64,000 nucleotides of DNA, from positions 81,902 through 145,901 of the forward strand of contig CAVYHV010000030.1 of assembly GCA_963768425.1 (NCBI GenBank), given 5' to 3'. The position numbers and the translations under genes were made by a program. Origin of the DNA: Candidatus Bathyarchaeota archaeon (lineage in GTDB: Archaea; Thermoproteota; Bathyarchaeia; Bathyarchaeales; Bathycorpusculaceae). The notes under the pieces were generated by a model. The model was not told the DNA's origin, made no database searches, and was given only the letters and a program-made list of their open reading frames with translations. This document shows positions 30,313 to 39,113 of the stretch, piece by piece. Positions within the stretch are counted from its first letter, which is position 1. Each line of letters begins with the position of its first letter.

Positions 30313-31002
30313 ATGACTAGGAAGAGGAATTTACTATTTGGTTCAATAATTGTTGCTGTGGTAGCGGGTTCTTTTATTATTGCATTGATCCTGCTAAATA
30401 GCCAATCTTCGCCGGTTGAGAAGACGGTACCGGAAAAACTGAGTTTGGGTCTTTTTTCAAACCAAACGAGCGTGTTGCAAGGGGGCGAAATTCAGGATGA
30501 AGTTAATGTAACCTCAAATCGCCCTGCCGAAAACATAACATTGAATGCTCAAACGGGAACAAGCGGCATAATTTCCATTTTCGAGCCCTCCGTCAGCCAC
30601 AACAATTTTACAAGTTTTCTTAACATAAAAATCACTGATTCTGCCCCTACAGGAAACTACTCCATAAGTATAACAGCCTCAGGCGATGGCCAAACAGCAA
30701 CCAGTTCTTTTGATCTTTCCGTTCTTAGTGCCAATGTCACAGTTTCCGGGAGAATTGAGATGTCCACAGGATATGAGAATGGATACCTAACCTCACTCGT
30801 GTTCTATAGCGAACAAACAAACACCAATCAAACGATACATATTCCACATGCTTCGATGCAAGGTCTATTAAACGGTCTTTTAAGCGATTATTCCGTTACT
30901 CTTCAAAATAACCAGACGTACATCGTGTGGGTGAATTATTTTCAGGGAGACGCAAGCCTTCATGAATTTTATCCCGTGCAGTATTATTTCGGCCCGTATT
31001 GA
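30313..31002 (+). CDS. membrane-anchored Ig-like surface protein
   Basis: TM N-terminus, APTGNYSISITA; ATG 30313 preferred because 30277 abuts the TATA box. Confidence 0.75.
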   Translation: MTRKRNLLFGSIIVAVVAGSFIIALILLNSQSSPVEKTVPEKLSLGLFSNQTSVLQGGEIQDEVNVTSNRPAENITLNAQTGTSGIISIFEPSVSHNNFTSFLNIKITDSAPTGNYSISITASGDGQTATSSFDLSVLSANVTVSGRIEMSTGYENGYLTSLVFYSEQTNTNQTIHIPHASMQGLLNGLLSDYSVTLQNNQTYIVWVNYFQGDASLHEFYPVQYYFGPY

Positions 31003-31128
31003 TCTTTGCACCCGCAGGAAAAAACACAATATCTGGATTAAACTTCACTGGATAACCCATGCAAGACTTTCACCAAAGACATAGAGTAGATTGGTCGCAC
31101 AGCAACTATAACCCACCCAATAACGTCT

Positions 31129-31185
31129 AGTCAAGAAACTTTGACTTGCCACAGTCAATAATCCTTAACGAACAGGCTTTTATCG
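31129..31185 (+). repeat. AGTCAA triple-box plus TATA module, copy 4
   Basis: AGTCAA-GAAACT-TTGACT-TGCCAC-AGTCAA...GCTTTTATCG. Confidence 0.85.
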
Positions 31186-31208
31186 CCTGCACTTGCTTAA
31201 CACTAAAC

Positions 31209-32090
31209 ATGAGTAAAATCGGCAAAACCTTCGCTTTGATTCTCATTCTCATTATGACTATCTCAAGTATTGAACTATTAGTAGCTAAACATGCAAGTGC
31301 TCAATCAATCGGAAATCTGACTGCTCCAACTTTCACAGTCACACTAACAAACACCTCTTACTCTACACCACCTAGCCATTACGTTGACCCTCAAACAGGC
31401 GCAAACATCACAGTGCCAGGCTCTTTTGTCAATCAAGAAAACCTTACGTTTACCATTCAAAATCAACCAGACGTTACCTACTACATAATCCGATGGACAA
31501 CACCGTACATGAAAAGCTGGAGTAACATCGAGGGATACATTGGTGGAGACCCTATGAATGCTACTGTTAAAGGAACTTCAGGTTCAACAACAATCTGGGT
31601 TCTAACCGGCAATAGCAATACGTTCCCAATATACGAAAATGGCAGTCTCGTTGACACGGTCGCCGGTTTCTCCTTTCCGTTTGGTTTTCAAGAACTCAAT
31701 TTTGAAAACGGAGCCAAAATAGAATTTCAAGTCCAAGCCTCAAATGGTTCGCCTACTTACGTGTCAACCATCCTAGACGAGCACTTTTCTATTATAGGTG
31801 AAATAAGCGATTGGAGCAGCACGCAAACAATAACCATACCATCAAGTTCTGCTGCAACAAGTCCATCACCTATTACTATAACAACTCCTGCCGTTCCAGA
31901 GTTGTCTTGGTTGATGATTATGCTTTTGCTTCTTTCCGTGTTCTCTGTTGCTGTGATAGTTAGGCGTCTAAAAAACCTCGGACTGGACCAGCAAAAATTT
32001 CCTGGTGAAAGTGGTAATGGAATGTTTGACGATTTTCTGGCAGTCTATAATCTTTTGCCAGTAGTATTGAAACCTATTTCTAAGACTTAA
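31209..32090 (+). CDS. secreted surface protein with VPEL-TM-basic (PEF-CTERM-like) anchor
   Basis: MSKIGKTFALILIL signal; AVPELSWLMIMLLLL...RR; ATG ~24 nt after the TATA. Confidence 0.8.
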   Translation: MSKIGKTFALILILIMTISSIELLVAKHASAQSIGNLTAPTFTVTLTNTSYSTPPSHYVDPQTGANITVPGSFVNQENLTFTIQNQPDVTYYIIRWTTPYMKSWSNIEGYIGGDPMNATVKGTSGSTTIWVLTGNSNTFPIYENGSLVDTVAGFSFPFGFQELNFENGAKIEFQVQASNGSPTYVSTILDEHFSIIGEISDWSSTQTITIPSSSAATSPSPITITTPAVPELSWLMIMLLLLSVFSVAVIVRRLKNLGLDQQKFPGESGNGMFDDFLAVYNLLPVVLKPISKT

Positions 32091-32127
32091 TAAAACAATT
32101 ATGCAGGTAGAAATGTTTGACGTTTTC

Positions 32128-35031
32128 TCAATAATTTCTAATTAAAATTGATGTGAGACAAGCGGGCATTTTTGGTTTTCTCTCTCTGACAAATATAATC
32201 GATAACAGTATTACTGTTGCAAGAAGTGGCAGAATTATCAAAGTTGGAAACTCTGGAACGATTGATGTCTGTGACCCAAACGTTATGACTACGGTGTGGC
32301 TACTGTGATGATAAGTAAAACTTATTAGCCAAACATTTCCCTCCGAAATGGAATTATAATTAATTGTTCCGCCGTCTAAGGTGACGTTGAGTTTTGAAAT
32401 ATCTGGGATGAGGGATTGCGGAACGCAAACTTCAGTAAACCCGGTTGTTCCCGAAGGTCCAGAAACGCCAAAGCTTAATTCGTTTGTTGTTGAGTCAAAC
32501 GTTAGGCTTGTAAGCGTTGAGTTTGAAGTAACGGAGAATACGTTTTGATTTTGGCTGTTGAAAGGTTCTATTGCAAAGTTGTATACTGCACTTGCACTTG
32601 AATAGTCGCTGTCACCTGACCACGTAGCTTCGATGCCATAAAAACCTGAGACAGAGGGATTCCACACGCAAGAAAAGTTTCCGTCATTGCCAGTTTTTAA
32701 GTAAGCTAAGTCTTGCCAAGTTGCTCCTCCCGTGACGCTGTCAGAAAGCTGAATTCCAGCATCAGGCAAGCCTGCTCCGTCACCTGTTAATGAACCTTGA
32801 ATTTGAACGTTAAATCCAGAGGTTGTCGTGGAACTTATGCAGACGAATGATAAGTTCGGAGATGGCAGATTTGATGCTGGTGTTGGCGTTGGAGTCGGAG
32901 TTGGAACTACGGTTGGTACAACTGTTGGGGTTGGCGTGGGAGAAGGCACATTGTTTGCCCAATACGTATCACTAACATCGACTAATCCAATGCATCCTGG
33001 ATTGCTGCTTGCCGCATCAAATAATGTATATACGTTATCTCCAACTACTATGATTCCGGGAGACCCTACTCCGTTAGTGTCCCAAATGTATTGTCCGCCG
33101 CTTAAGTATGGCTCTGATGGATATGCATCCCAATGGATAAGGTCAGAACTGTAATACCAATAAATCACTGGTAGTGGACCTGCAAAAAGGGTAGCTTGCA
33201 TGAAATACAAGTTAGATGTAGGAACTGTAAAGACGTCTGAAGTTTCTATTGAATATGATGCCGTTAAAATCGGTGCCGAACCATAAATTGTCCATCCATA
33301 AGGAAATGACGAAGCAGATGTTGTAGCTAACAGAACTTGGCCGTTTCCATCTACGAAATACATGTAGTATGTGCTTCCGACAAGAATTACAGATGGGTTA
33401 AAAATGCTGCTGCTTCCAGCCCAATTCGGCGGAGAAAGAATTGGATTTTCTGAGTATTTAGTCCATGCCGAAGTTGAGTTCAAACTACTTACTGGACAAG
33501 TGGCTAAACCAATGCTACTGTATCCTCCACCAACTTCAGAACCATAAAACATGTACACGGTACTTCCATTCACGATTAAACATGGAGCTGAAACTCCGTT
33601 AGGATTTTCCCAAGATTGTGTTTGTGTGAGAACTTGTCCAATTACAGTCCATGTTTGTAAATTGGTGCTTTGCGCTAAACCTATAGTCCAATTTCCAGAA
33701 GATTCTTCTCCCGTAGGTGTGGCGCTGAAAGACATGTAATAAGATCCGTTAGCGTAAATGACAGAGGGGTCTTTCACTCCACTGAGATCAAAACTGTCTG
33801 TTCCCGTAAACACAGGACTTGTTGAAACAAAAGTTAGAGATGATGGAGGTGTTGGGGTCACTGGTGAGGGAGTGGGTGTTGGAGAGGGACCAGGCGAAGG
33901 ACTAGGCACGCTAGGAATGTAGACAGGAGCTAGCGGATTACTTGAATTTAAGAATGGAACATAATTAACCGTTCCCAAATTCAAATTGTCTTTGAAGTCA
34001 TAAATTTTTTGGCTAATTGCCTGTGAATCATTTGTTCCCCACCAATTGTAAGTAGCATCAATATTTGAGTTAACACTTCCAGCCAGTAAGAAATTATAAT
34101 TTGAGTTGTTATAGATGTTGTTACCAGAAATCAAATAGCTGACCGACCCACTATACGAGCCTATGAAAACTCCATCAGTATTATTGCTGATTGTATTGTT
34201 TTGAGTGATTATCGTAAATGGATTATAGTTGCCGTACAAATCCAGTTCAATTCCGCGAGTATTATCAAAAACCAAATTCTCCTGTATCAAAGATTGAGTG
34301 GTATACTCCGAATTAGCAGTAGCATAAATCCCCATGTAAGAACCAAACACCAAGTTGCCGTAAACGGTTGCATTTCCTAGGAGATAAATTCCAGTGTAGC
34401 GAGCAGCGAAAACTGTGTTATTGCAAATAGTTCCTCCACTGGCCGTAATTTGACCCTCTACGGTGTTGTTGGAGATTATTGGGGCCGCTATTCCTTCGAC
34501 ATTAATTGCATCATTGTTACTTACTTGGTTAGTGCAATAAATTGTATTATTGTCTAATTTTGGTGAAACCGAATCTATCAGTATAGTCGGATACAGCTCC
34601 CATGTGGAAGTGATAAATGCGTTCTCAATTATGCTTCCAGATTTTGTTGCATCATTCCAACTTAGACTACTGCCCTCAAACTCAATTGCTCCATCTCCAC
34701 TACCAGCCCCATTGGGTATGTTAAACACTATGTTATCACTCGACGTGCCTGTAGCATTTAACGTACCGTTTACTCTCAGGTAATATCCATTAAAATTGAC
34801 TGTGACTCCCGGCTGAATCGTAAGCATAACGCTATTATTGACAAGTACATTTCCAACAAGCAAATATGGGCTACTTGCTTGCGTCCACATAGTGTCTGAG
34901 CTTATTATGCCACTTACGTTCGTACCGCTTTGAGCCTTGCTAAAATGGACATAAGTAACTCCAACCATCGTGGAAACTAATAATGCCACGATTAATGCCA
35001 GTGCTAATGCGCTTCTTTTCATAAGCACCAA
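32128..35031 (-). CDS. large surface protein: beta-helix, five-bladed-propeller glycoside-hydrolase-like domain, P/T linkers, PEF-CTERM-like anchor
   Basis: NN-rich repeats, NWWG, KDPSVI..YYM and FNPSVI..YYM blades, VPEFPT-TM-RERK. Confidence 0.8.
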   Translation of the reverse strand: MVLMKRSALALALIVALLVSTMVGVTYVHFSKAQSGTNVSGIISSDTMWTQASSPYLLVGNVLVNNSVMLTIQPGVTVNFNGYYLRVNGTLNATGTSSDNIVFNIPNGAGSGDGAIEFEGSSLSWNDATKSGSIIENAFITSTWELYPTILIDSVSPKLDNNTIYCTNQVSNNDAINVEGIAAPIISNNTVEGQITASGGTICNNTVFAARYTGIYLLGNATVYGNLVFGSYMGIYATANSEYTTQSLIQENLVFDNTRGIELDLYGNYNPFTIITQNNTISNNTDGVFIGSYSGSVSYLISGNNIYNNSNYNFLLAGSVNSNIDATYNWWGTNDSQAISQKIYDFKDNLNLGTVNYVPFLNSSNPLAPVYIPSVPSPSPGPSPTPTPSPVTPTPPSSLTFVSTSPVFTGTDSFDLSGVKDPSVIYANGSYYMSFSATPTGEESSGNWTIGLAQSTNLQTWTVIGQVLTQTQSWENPNGVSAPCLIVNGSTVYMFYGSEVGGGYSSIGLATCPVSSLNSTSAWTKYSENPILSPPNWAGSSSIFNPSVILVGSTYYMYFVDGNGQVLLATTSASSFPYGWTIYGSAPILTASYSIETSDVFTVPTSNLYFMQATLFAGPLPVIYWYYSSDLIHWDAYPSEPYLSGGQYIWDTNGVGSPGIIVVGDNVYTLFDAASSNPGCIGLVDVSDTYWANNVPSPTPTPTVVPTVVPTPTPTPTPASNLPSPNLSFVCISSTTTSGFNVQIQGSLTGDGAGLPDAGIQLSDSVTGGATWQDLAYLKTGNDGNFSCVWNPSVSGFYGIEATWSGDSDYSSASAVYNFAIEPFNSQNQNVFSVTSNSTLTSLTFDSTTNELSFGVSGPSGTTGFTEVCVPQSLIPDISKLNVTLDGGTINYNSISEGNVWLISFTYHHSSHTVVITFGSQTSIVPEFPTLIILPLLATVILLSIIFVRERKPKMPACLTSILIRNY

Positions 35032-35091
35032 TCGCTAATACGTTTAACTTTCTCTAATGTTTTGTGCTGTAGGCTATTTCTAGAGCATTGG

Positions 35092-35142
35092 GATAAAAGG
35101 CTATTCGTAAAAGTTTCTTGACTGGGTTTAGTCAAAGTTTCT
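35092..35142 (-). repeat. AGTCAA box plus TATA module, copy 5 (inverted, two boxes)
   Basis: Reverse strand: AGAAACT-TTGACT-AAACCC-AGTCAA-GAAACTTTTACGAATAGCCTTTTATC. Confidence 0.85.
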
Positions 35143-35309
35143 CTTATGTAAGGAAACGATCGAAGGCCAAACCAAACAGACTTCCGACTACCTTTCTACT
35201 TCACCCATCCACACTTAAATTTCTTTCACCAATGTATTTCAGACAACATTCTCTTATCAGCGAACAAAGTCGCACTACGGCTTCAGCTAACAGCCAAGGA
35301 AAACTCCAT

Positions 35310-36433
35310 TCTTGACCAAGCAGATAAACTGCAGCAAACTTTAGAAGACATCCCAAGCTGCCCGTCCTACTTTACCGTGAAATCCCGCTCATAAGTCCAA
35401 ACAGCCCAAACCACATTCACCAACTTACGAGCAACAATCTTAATCGCATCCTTGCTATTGCCTTTCCTAACACAAGCATCTCTAAACACAGCCGCCAAAT
35501 GACCCTCTGGACAAAACCTAACATGAGACCAAGCAGACTCAATAAAAATACACTTAAGCCAACAATCACCCCTCGCTTCTTTTCCAGCAAACGAATGCTC
35601 ACCAGACTGACTCACCCTCGGCACCAACCCAGCATAATGCGCCAACTTCTCAGCACTGCTAAATCGTTTAATATCGCAAATCTCCGCATACAACGTCAAA
35701 GCCGACAAAAAACCAATTCCTGGTATGGTCATAAGCAGCTCAACAGGCTTAATCTTTCCATATTTCCTTCTCAGCATGGCTTCAATTTTCTTAGTCTGCT
35801 CAGCCATAACATCCAACAGTTCAAGGTTCTGCTCAACCTCAAAAACGCCAAGATCAGAAGCTTCCCTTCTTCCCTTCAAAGTCCCCAAATTAACATCAAG
35901 ACTAATATCTCGCTTCCTAAACTCGGAGCGGGTCCTATTCTTAACACTTGTAGACAACTTTGTTCTATACGACCGATGTCTTAGCAGGTTCCTAAGCCAC
36001 CGCAACTCGCTGGGAGGAACATAACAGGTTGGCAACCAATTCATCCTCACTAAATCAGCCAACAACTTACTATCCACACGATCAGTTTTAACATCTTCTG
36101 CACGATATTTCACTTTCACCGGATTCGCCAGCAAAGGCTCAAACTCTAATTCATCCAAAAAATCAATCCAAGGCCAACAAAAACCAACCGATTCCAACGC
36201 CACCTTACTGCCTTTAGGAACATTCTCTAAAGACGTTCGCAATTCAGCTCTACTTGTCTTAATTCTCTCTGTTTTTACTATCTCACCATTCACTTTCATT
36301 ATTGTTACCTGAGTATTCTTCAGGTGAACATCCAAACCAACCACCACATCGCTCAACTTCTCCTACCTCCGATATCACTACTGGCTTATCGGAGGTCTAC
36401 TTAGAAAATCCTTTACATCCCGTCTTGACCAAG
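35310..36433 (-). mobile_element. IS110-family insertion sequence (boundaries tentative)
   Basis: Transposase flanked by 11-bp direct repeat TCTTGACCAAG at 35310-35320 and 36423-36433. Confidence 0.65.
35367..36356 (-). CDS. IS110-family DEDD transposase/recombinase
   Basis: GLDVH, ALES, KTDRVD, TIPGIG, YAGLVP..SQSG, ARKL. Confidence 0.95.
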   Translation of the reverse strand: MSDVVVGLDVHLKNTQVTIMKVNGEIVKTERIKTSRAELRTSLENVPKGSKVALESVGFCWPWIDFLDELEFEPLLANPVKVKYRAEDVKTDRVDSKLLADLVRMNWLPTCYVPPSELRWLRNLLRHRSYRTKLSTSVKNRTRSEFRKRDISLDVNLGTLKGRREASDLGVFEVEQNLELLDVMAEQTKKIEAMLRRKYGKIKPVELLMTIPGIGFLSALTLYAEICDIKRFSSAEKLAHYAGLVPRVSQSGEHSFAGKEARGDCWLKCIFIESAWSHVRFCPEGHLAAVFRDACVRKGNSKDAIKIVARKLVNVVWAVWTYERDFTVK

Positions 36434-36738
36434 ATTAGTTTATTTCTACTATCAGATTCAAGACTTTCGAATAAATTATGTTTCAACAAATGGATAGATT
36501 TCTTTTTGCGAAATGCAAAAAACGTTAGTTGAAATTGGAATGCGTGAGTTTGAAATCCTTAACTATCACTGTCTACGTCTATCTCAAGGTGGATAACGTT
36601 TCTCGATTGACTGTTTGGTGTGGTTTTATCCTCTGCTTTTGATGTGGTTTGTCTAAGATGAAAGACTGTTCTGCTTGCGGAACACTTTGTTCTTCTGGGA
36701 GAGCTAAAAGGCGCTCCTTCGTATTTTCTTAATGTGGG

Positions 36739-37437
36739 GTGTTTCGCCTGAAAAGAAAAATTGTGGCATTAACGCTTCTTACATTAATTGCTTTAGCATT
36801 TAGCGGAGTTAATTTATCTAATCAGCAAAAAGGGCTTTTTTCCACAACCTTAGGTTTGCAGCCTACCGCTTTTCCTTCACCTTCCCCTGAACTTACACCT
36901 GTTGTAACTCTTGCACCGCCAGAACCAACTGTTTCTTTTACTCTTTGGCATACAAATTCACCTGTTATCCAGCCACCGGCAAAACAACTTGCACATATAC
37001 CTCCAATCTGCGAAATAGCATCTCCCCAAAATCAAACGGTATTGCAAACAAACAACTTTACGCTAAACGTAAACGTAGCTTCGTACTTTTGGATAATTAA
37101 CAGTGTTTATTACGAAGCAGATTGGATTGAGGGAATTCACCAAATATTCGGCATCCAGCCAAATGGTATTGACGCACTTAATGCTTCAATAACTGTAAAC
37201 TTTAGTGAAATCCCTGATGGAAACCACACATTAACGGTCTACGCTAACACTCATGACGGTTCCCATAGTTTTGCCACTGTAACCTTCTTAACTGAGAGTT
37301 ATCCACCAAGCTTAACTAAGTCAGAGCCTTTTCCAACCCTAACTGTTGCCGCTTCTTCAGCAGCATCAGTAATGGTTGTGATTGCTGGTTTGTTAGTTTA
37401 TCGCGAACGACACAAAAGTTCAAAAAAGTCAAGTTGA
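36739..37437 (+). CDS. secreted Ig-like protein with C-terminal TM anchor (only gene of unit D)
   Basis: Signal, P-rich linker, IASPQNQT, PDGNHTLTVYA, EPFPT-TM-basic. Confidence 0.8.
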   Translation: MFRLKRKIVALTLLTLIALAFSGVNLSNQQKGLFSTTLGLQPTAFPSPSPELTPVVTLAPPEPTVSFTLWHTNSPVIQPPAKQLAHIPPICEIASPQNQTVLQTNNFTLNVNVASYFWIINSVYYEADWIEGIHQIFGIQPNGIDALNASITVNFSEIPDGNHTLTVYANTHDGSHSFATVTFLTESYPPSLTKSEPFPTLTVAASSAASVMVVIAGLLVYRERHKSSKKSS

Positions 37438-37510
37438 CAGCTTCAGCGCCAAAGGCATCCTAAGCGCGATCGGCACTTTCTAAGCAACACTGGGGCAACC
37501 AAGGCATTGG

Positions 37511-37527
37511 TTAAAATCTTTAACTAT
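37511..37527 (+). repeat. right island boundary (attR-like), 17-bp direct repeat
   Basis: TTAAAATCTTTAACTAT, identical to 14114-14130. Confidence 0.85.
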
Positions 37528-37561
37528 TCCTAAATCTAATCAGTTTAGAGAGTGATTACTC

Positions 37562-39106
37562 ATGGAGTTAAAGGTTGAACTCTTACCCATACTTACAGGC
37601 GGAAGCAGAATCGCCATCCTCAGCGAAGGAAGCGCCGACTCTTTGGGCGTGCACAGCTCCGACAGAATACGAATAAAATATGGCAACCAAGAAATAATTG
37701 CCATCGCGAACATCGCTGAATATTTTTCGAATAAGCGCATAGGGCTCTACGATGAAACCGCCAAAGTCCTCGGTGTGAAAGAGGACGAAACTGTTTCGGT
37801 GCAGTTGGCTCCTCTTCCTGAGTCGCTTTTCATGGTGAGGGCTAAACTTCATGGGGAACGTTTACGCGAAAAAGACGTCGTTACCATCGTCAAGGACGTT
37901 GTTGAACGGCATTTGAGTAACGCGGAAATATCAGCGTTTTTAACTGCCCTTAGCATCCATGGGCTGAGTGCAAGCGAGAACGAGGCGCTGTCGAGGGCGA
38001 TGGTTGCAACGGGTAAAACTTTAAACTTCGGCGAAGGGCCCATCCTTGACAAGCACAGCGTCGGCGGGATACCGGGGGACAAAACGTCCATGCTGGTCGT
38101 GCCCATCATAGCCGCTGCAGGGTACACGATTCCTAAAACTTCTTCAAGGGCAATAACTTCTCCCGCTGGAACTGCGGACAGAGTCGAAACCCTCTGCCCA
38201 GTTAACCTTTGCATAGAGGAGATTAAGAAGACGGTGGCAAAGACAGGCGGCTGCTTGGTTTGGGGCGGCGCCTTGGAGCTTGCGCCAGCCGACGACCTCT
38301 TCATCCAAGTCGAGTACCCCCTTGGAATTGACCCTATGCTACTGCCTTCGATTCTCAGCAAGAAAAAAGCAATGGGAGCAACCCACGTGGCCATCGACAT
38401 CCCCACAGGCATGGGCGCCAAAATCAAAACCCGAACAGAAGCTTACACCTTAGCTTCAGACTTTGTGGATTTAGGCAAACGTTTGGGCTTGAACATTCAA
38501 TGCGCTTTGACTTTCGGCGACCAACCATTGGGCTGCGGCATTGGACCCGCATTGGAAGCAAGAGAAGCATTAGCGACTCTTATGGGCGGCGGACCAGCCG
38601 ATCTGCGCGATAAAGCCGTAAGCCTCGCAGGAATGCTTTTCGAGATGGTTGGAGCAGAGAACGGCCGAGCCAAAGCTGAAGAAATGATTGACTCAGGCAA
38701 GGCGGAGGCAAAGATGCGGGAAATCATCGCTGTCCAAGGCGGAAACCCTAAGGTGCAGCCCGACGACCTTCCAGTAGGCTGCGAACACTTTGAGGTGAAG
38801 TCTGACCGGGCGGGAAAAGTCATTTGGCTCAGCACCGACAACATCGTGCGCATCGCAAGGGAAGCTGGCGCACCCAAGGAGAAAGGCGCAGGCATGATTC
38901 TACATGCCAAACTCGGCGACACGGTGCATAAAGACAGCGTGTTATTTGAAATCTATGCAGACCGAAGCAGCAAGTTGACGTCGGCGCTGGAGCTTGCAAA
39001 GCAGCTACCCCCCATCGTGTTAACCAACAAGCCCGCGGAAAAAATGATTCTGGACCAGGTGCCTGAGAAGCTTGCACACGAAAAGACATTCAGCTTAGAC
39101 AGGTAA
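37562..39106 (+). CDS. AMP (NMP) phosphorylase
   Basis: Archaeal N-terminal extension, DKHSVGGIPGDKT, PKTSSRAITSPAGTAD, GIGPALEA. Confidence 0.95.
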   Translation: MELKVELLPILTGGSRIAILSEGSADSLGVHSSDRIRIKYGNQEIIAIANIAEYFSNKRIGLYDETAKVLGVKEDETVSVQLAPLPESLFMVRAKLHGERLREKDVVTIVKDVVERHLSNAEISAFLTALSIHGLSASENEALSRAMVATGKTLNFGEGPILDKHSVGGIPGDKTSMLVVPIIAAAGYTIPKTSSRAITSPAGTADRVETLCPVNLCIEEIKKTVAKTGGCLVWGGALELAPADDLFIQVEYPLGIDPMLLPSILSKKKAMGATHVAIDIPTGMGAKIKTRTEAYTLASDFVDLGKRLGLNIQCALTFGDQPLGCGIGPALEAREALATLMGGGPADLRDKAVSLAGMLFEMVGAENGRAKAEEMIDSGKAEAKMREIIAVQGGNPKVQPDDLPVGCEHFEVKSDRAGKVIWLSTDNIVRIAREAGAPKEKGAGMILHAKLGDTVHKDSVLFEIYADRSSKLTSALELAKQLPPIVLTNKPAEKMILDQVPEKLAHEKTFSLDR

Positions 39107-39113
39107 AGCAACC

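Larger units (their letters stand above)
29411..36566. mobile_element. unit C: integrase-less unit carrying a surface-protein array and IS110
   Basis: Right end TTAGTTGAAATTGGAATGCGTGAGTTTGAAATCCTTAACTAT resembles the ends of units A and B. Confidence 0.65.
14114..37527. mobile_element. composite genomic island of four tandem integrated units
   Basis: Exact 17-bp terminal repeat; internal AAATCYTTAACTAT copies ending at 25051, 29410 and 36566; two integrases; lower GC; separates rbcL from AMP phosphorylase. Confidence 0.85.

Noticed and set aside
32870-33920. Short tandem-like GTTGG/GGAGT repeats
   Set aside because: They encode the Pro/Thr linkers of the surface protein.
25042-35142. Repeats read as a CRISPR array or a canonical integron
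   Set aside because: Units are gene-sized and irregularly spaced with no cas genes. The integrases show no IntI-type insertion, and the repeats lack attC R''/R' (RYYYAAC...GTTRRRY) ends.
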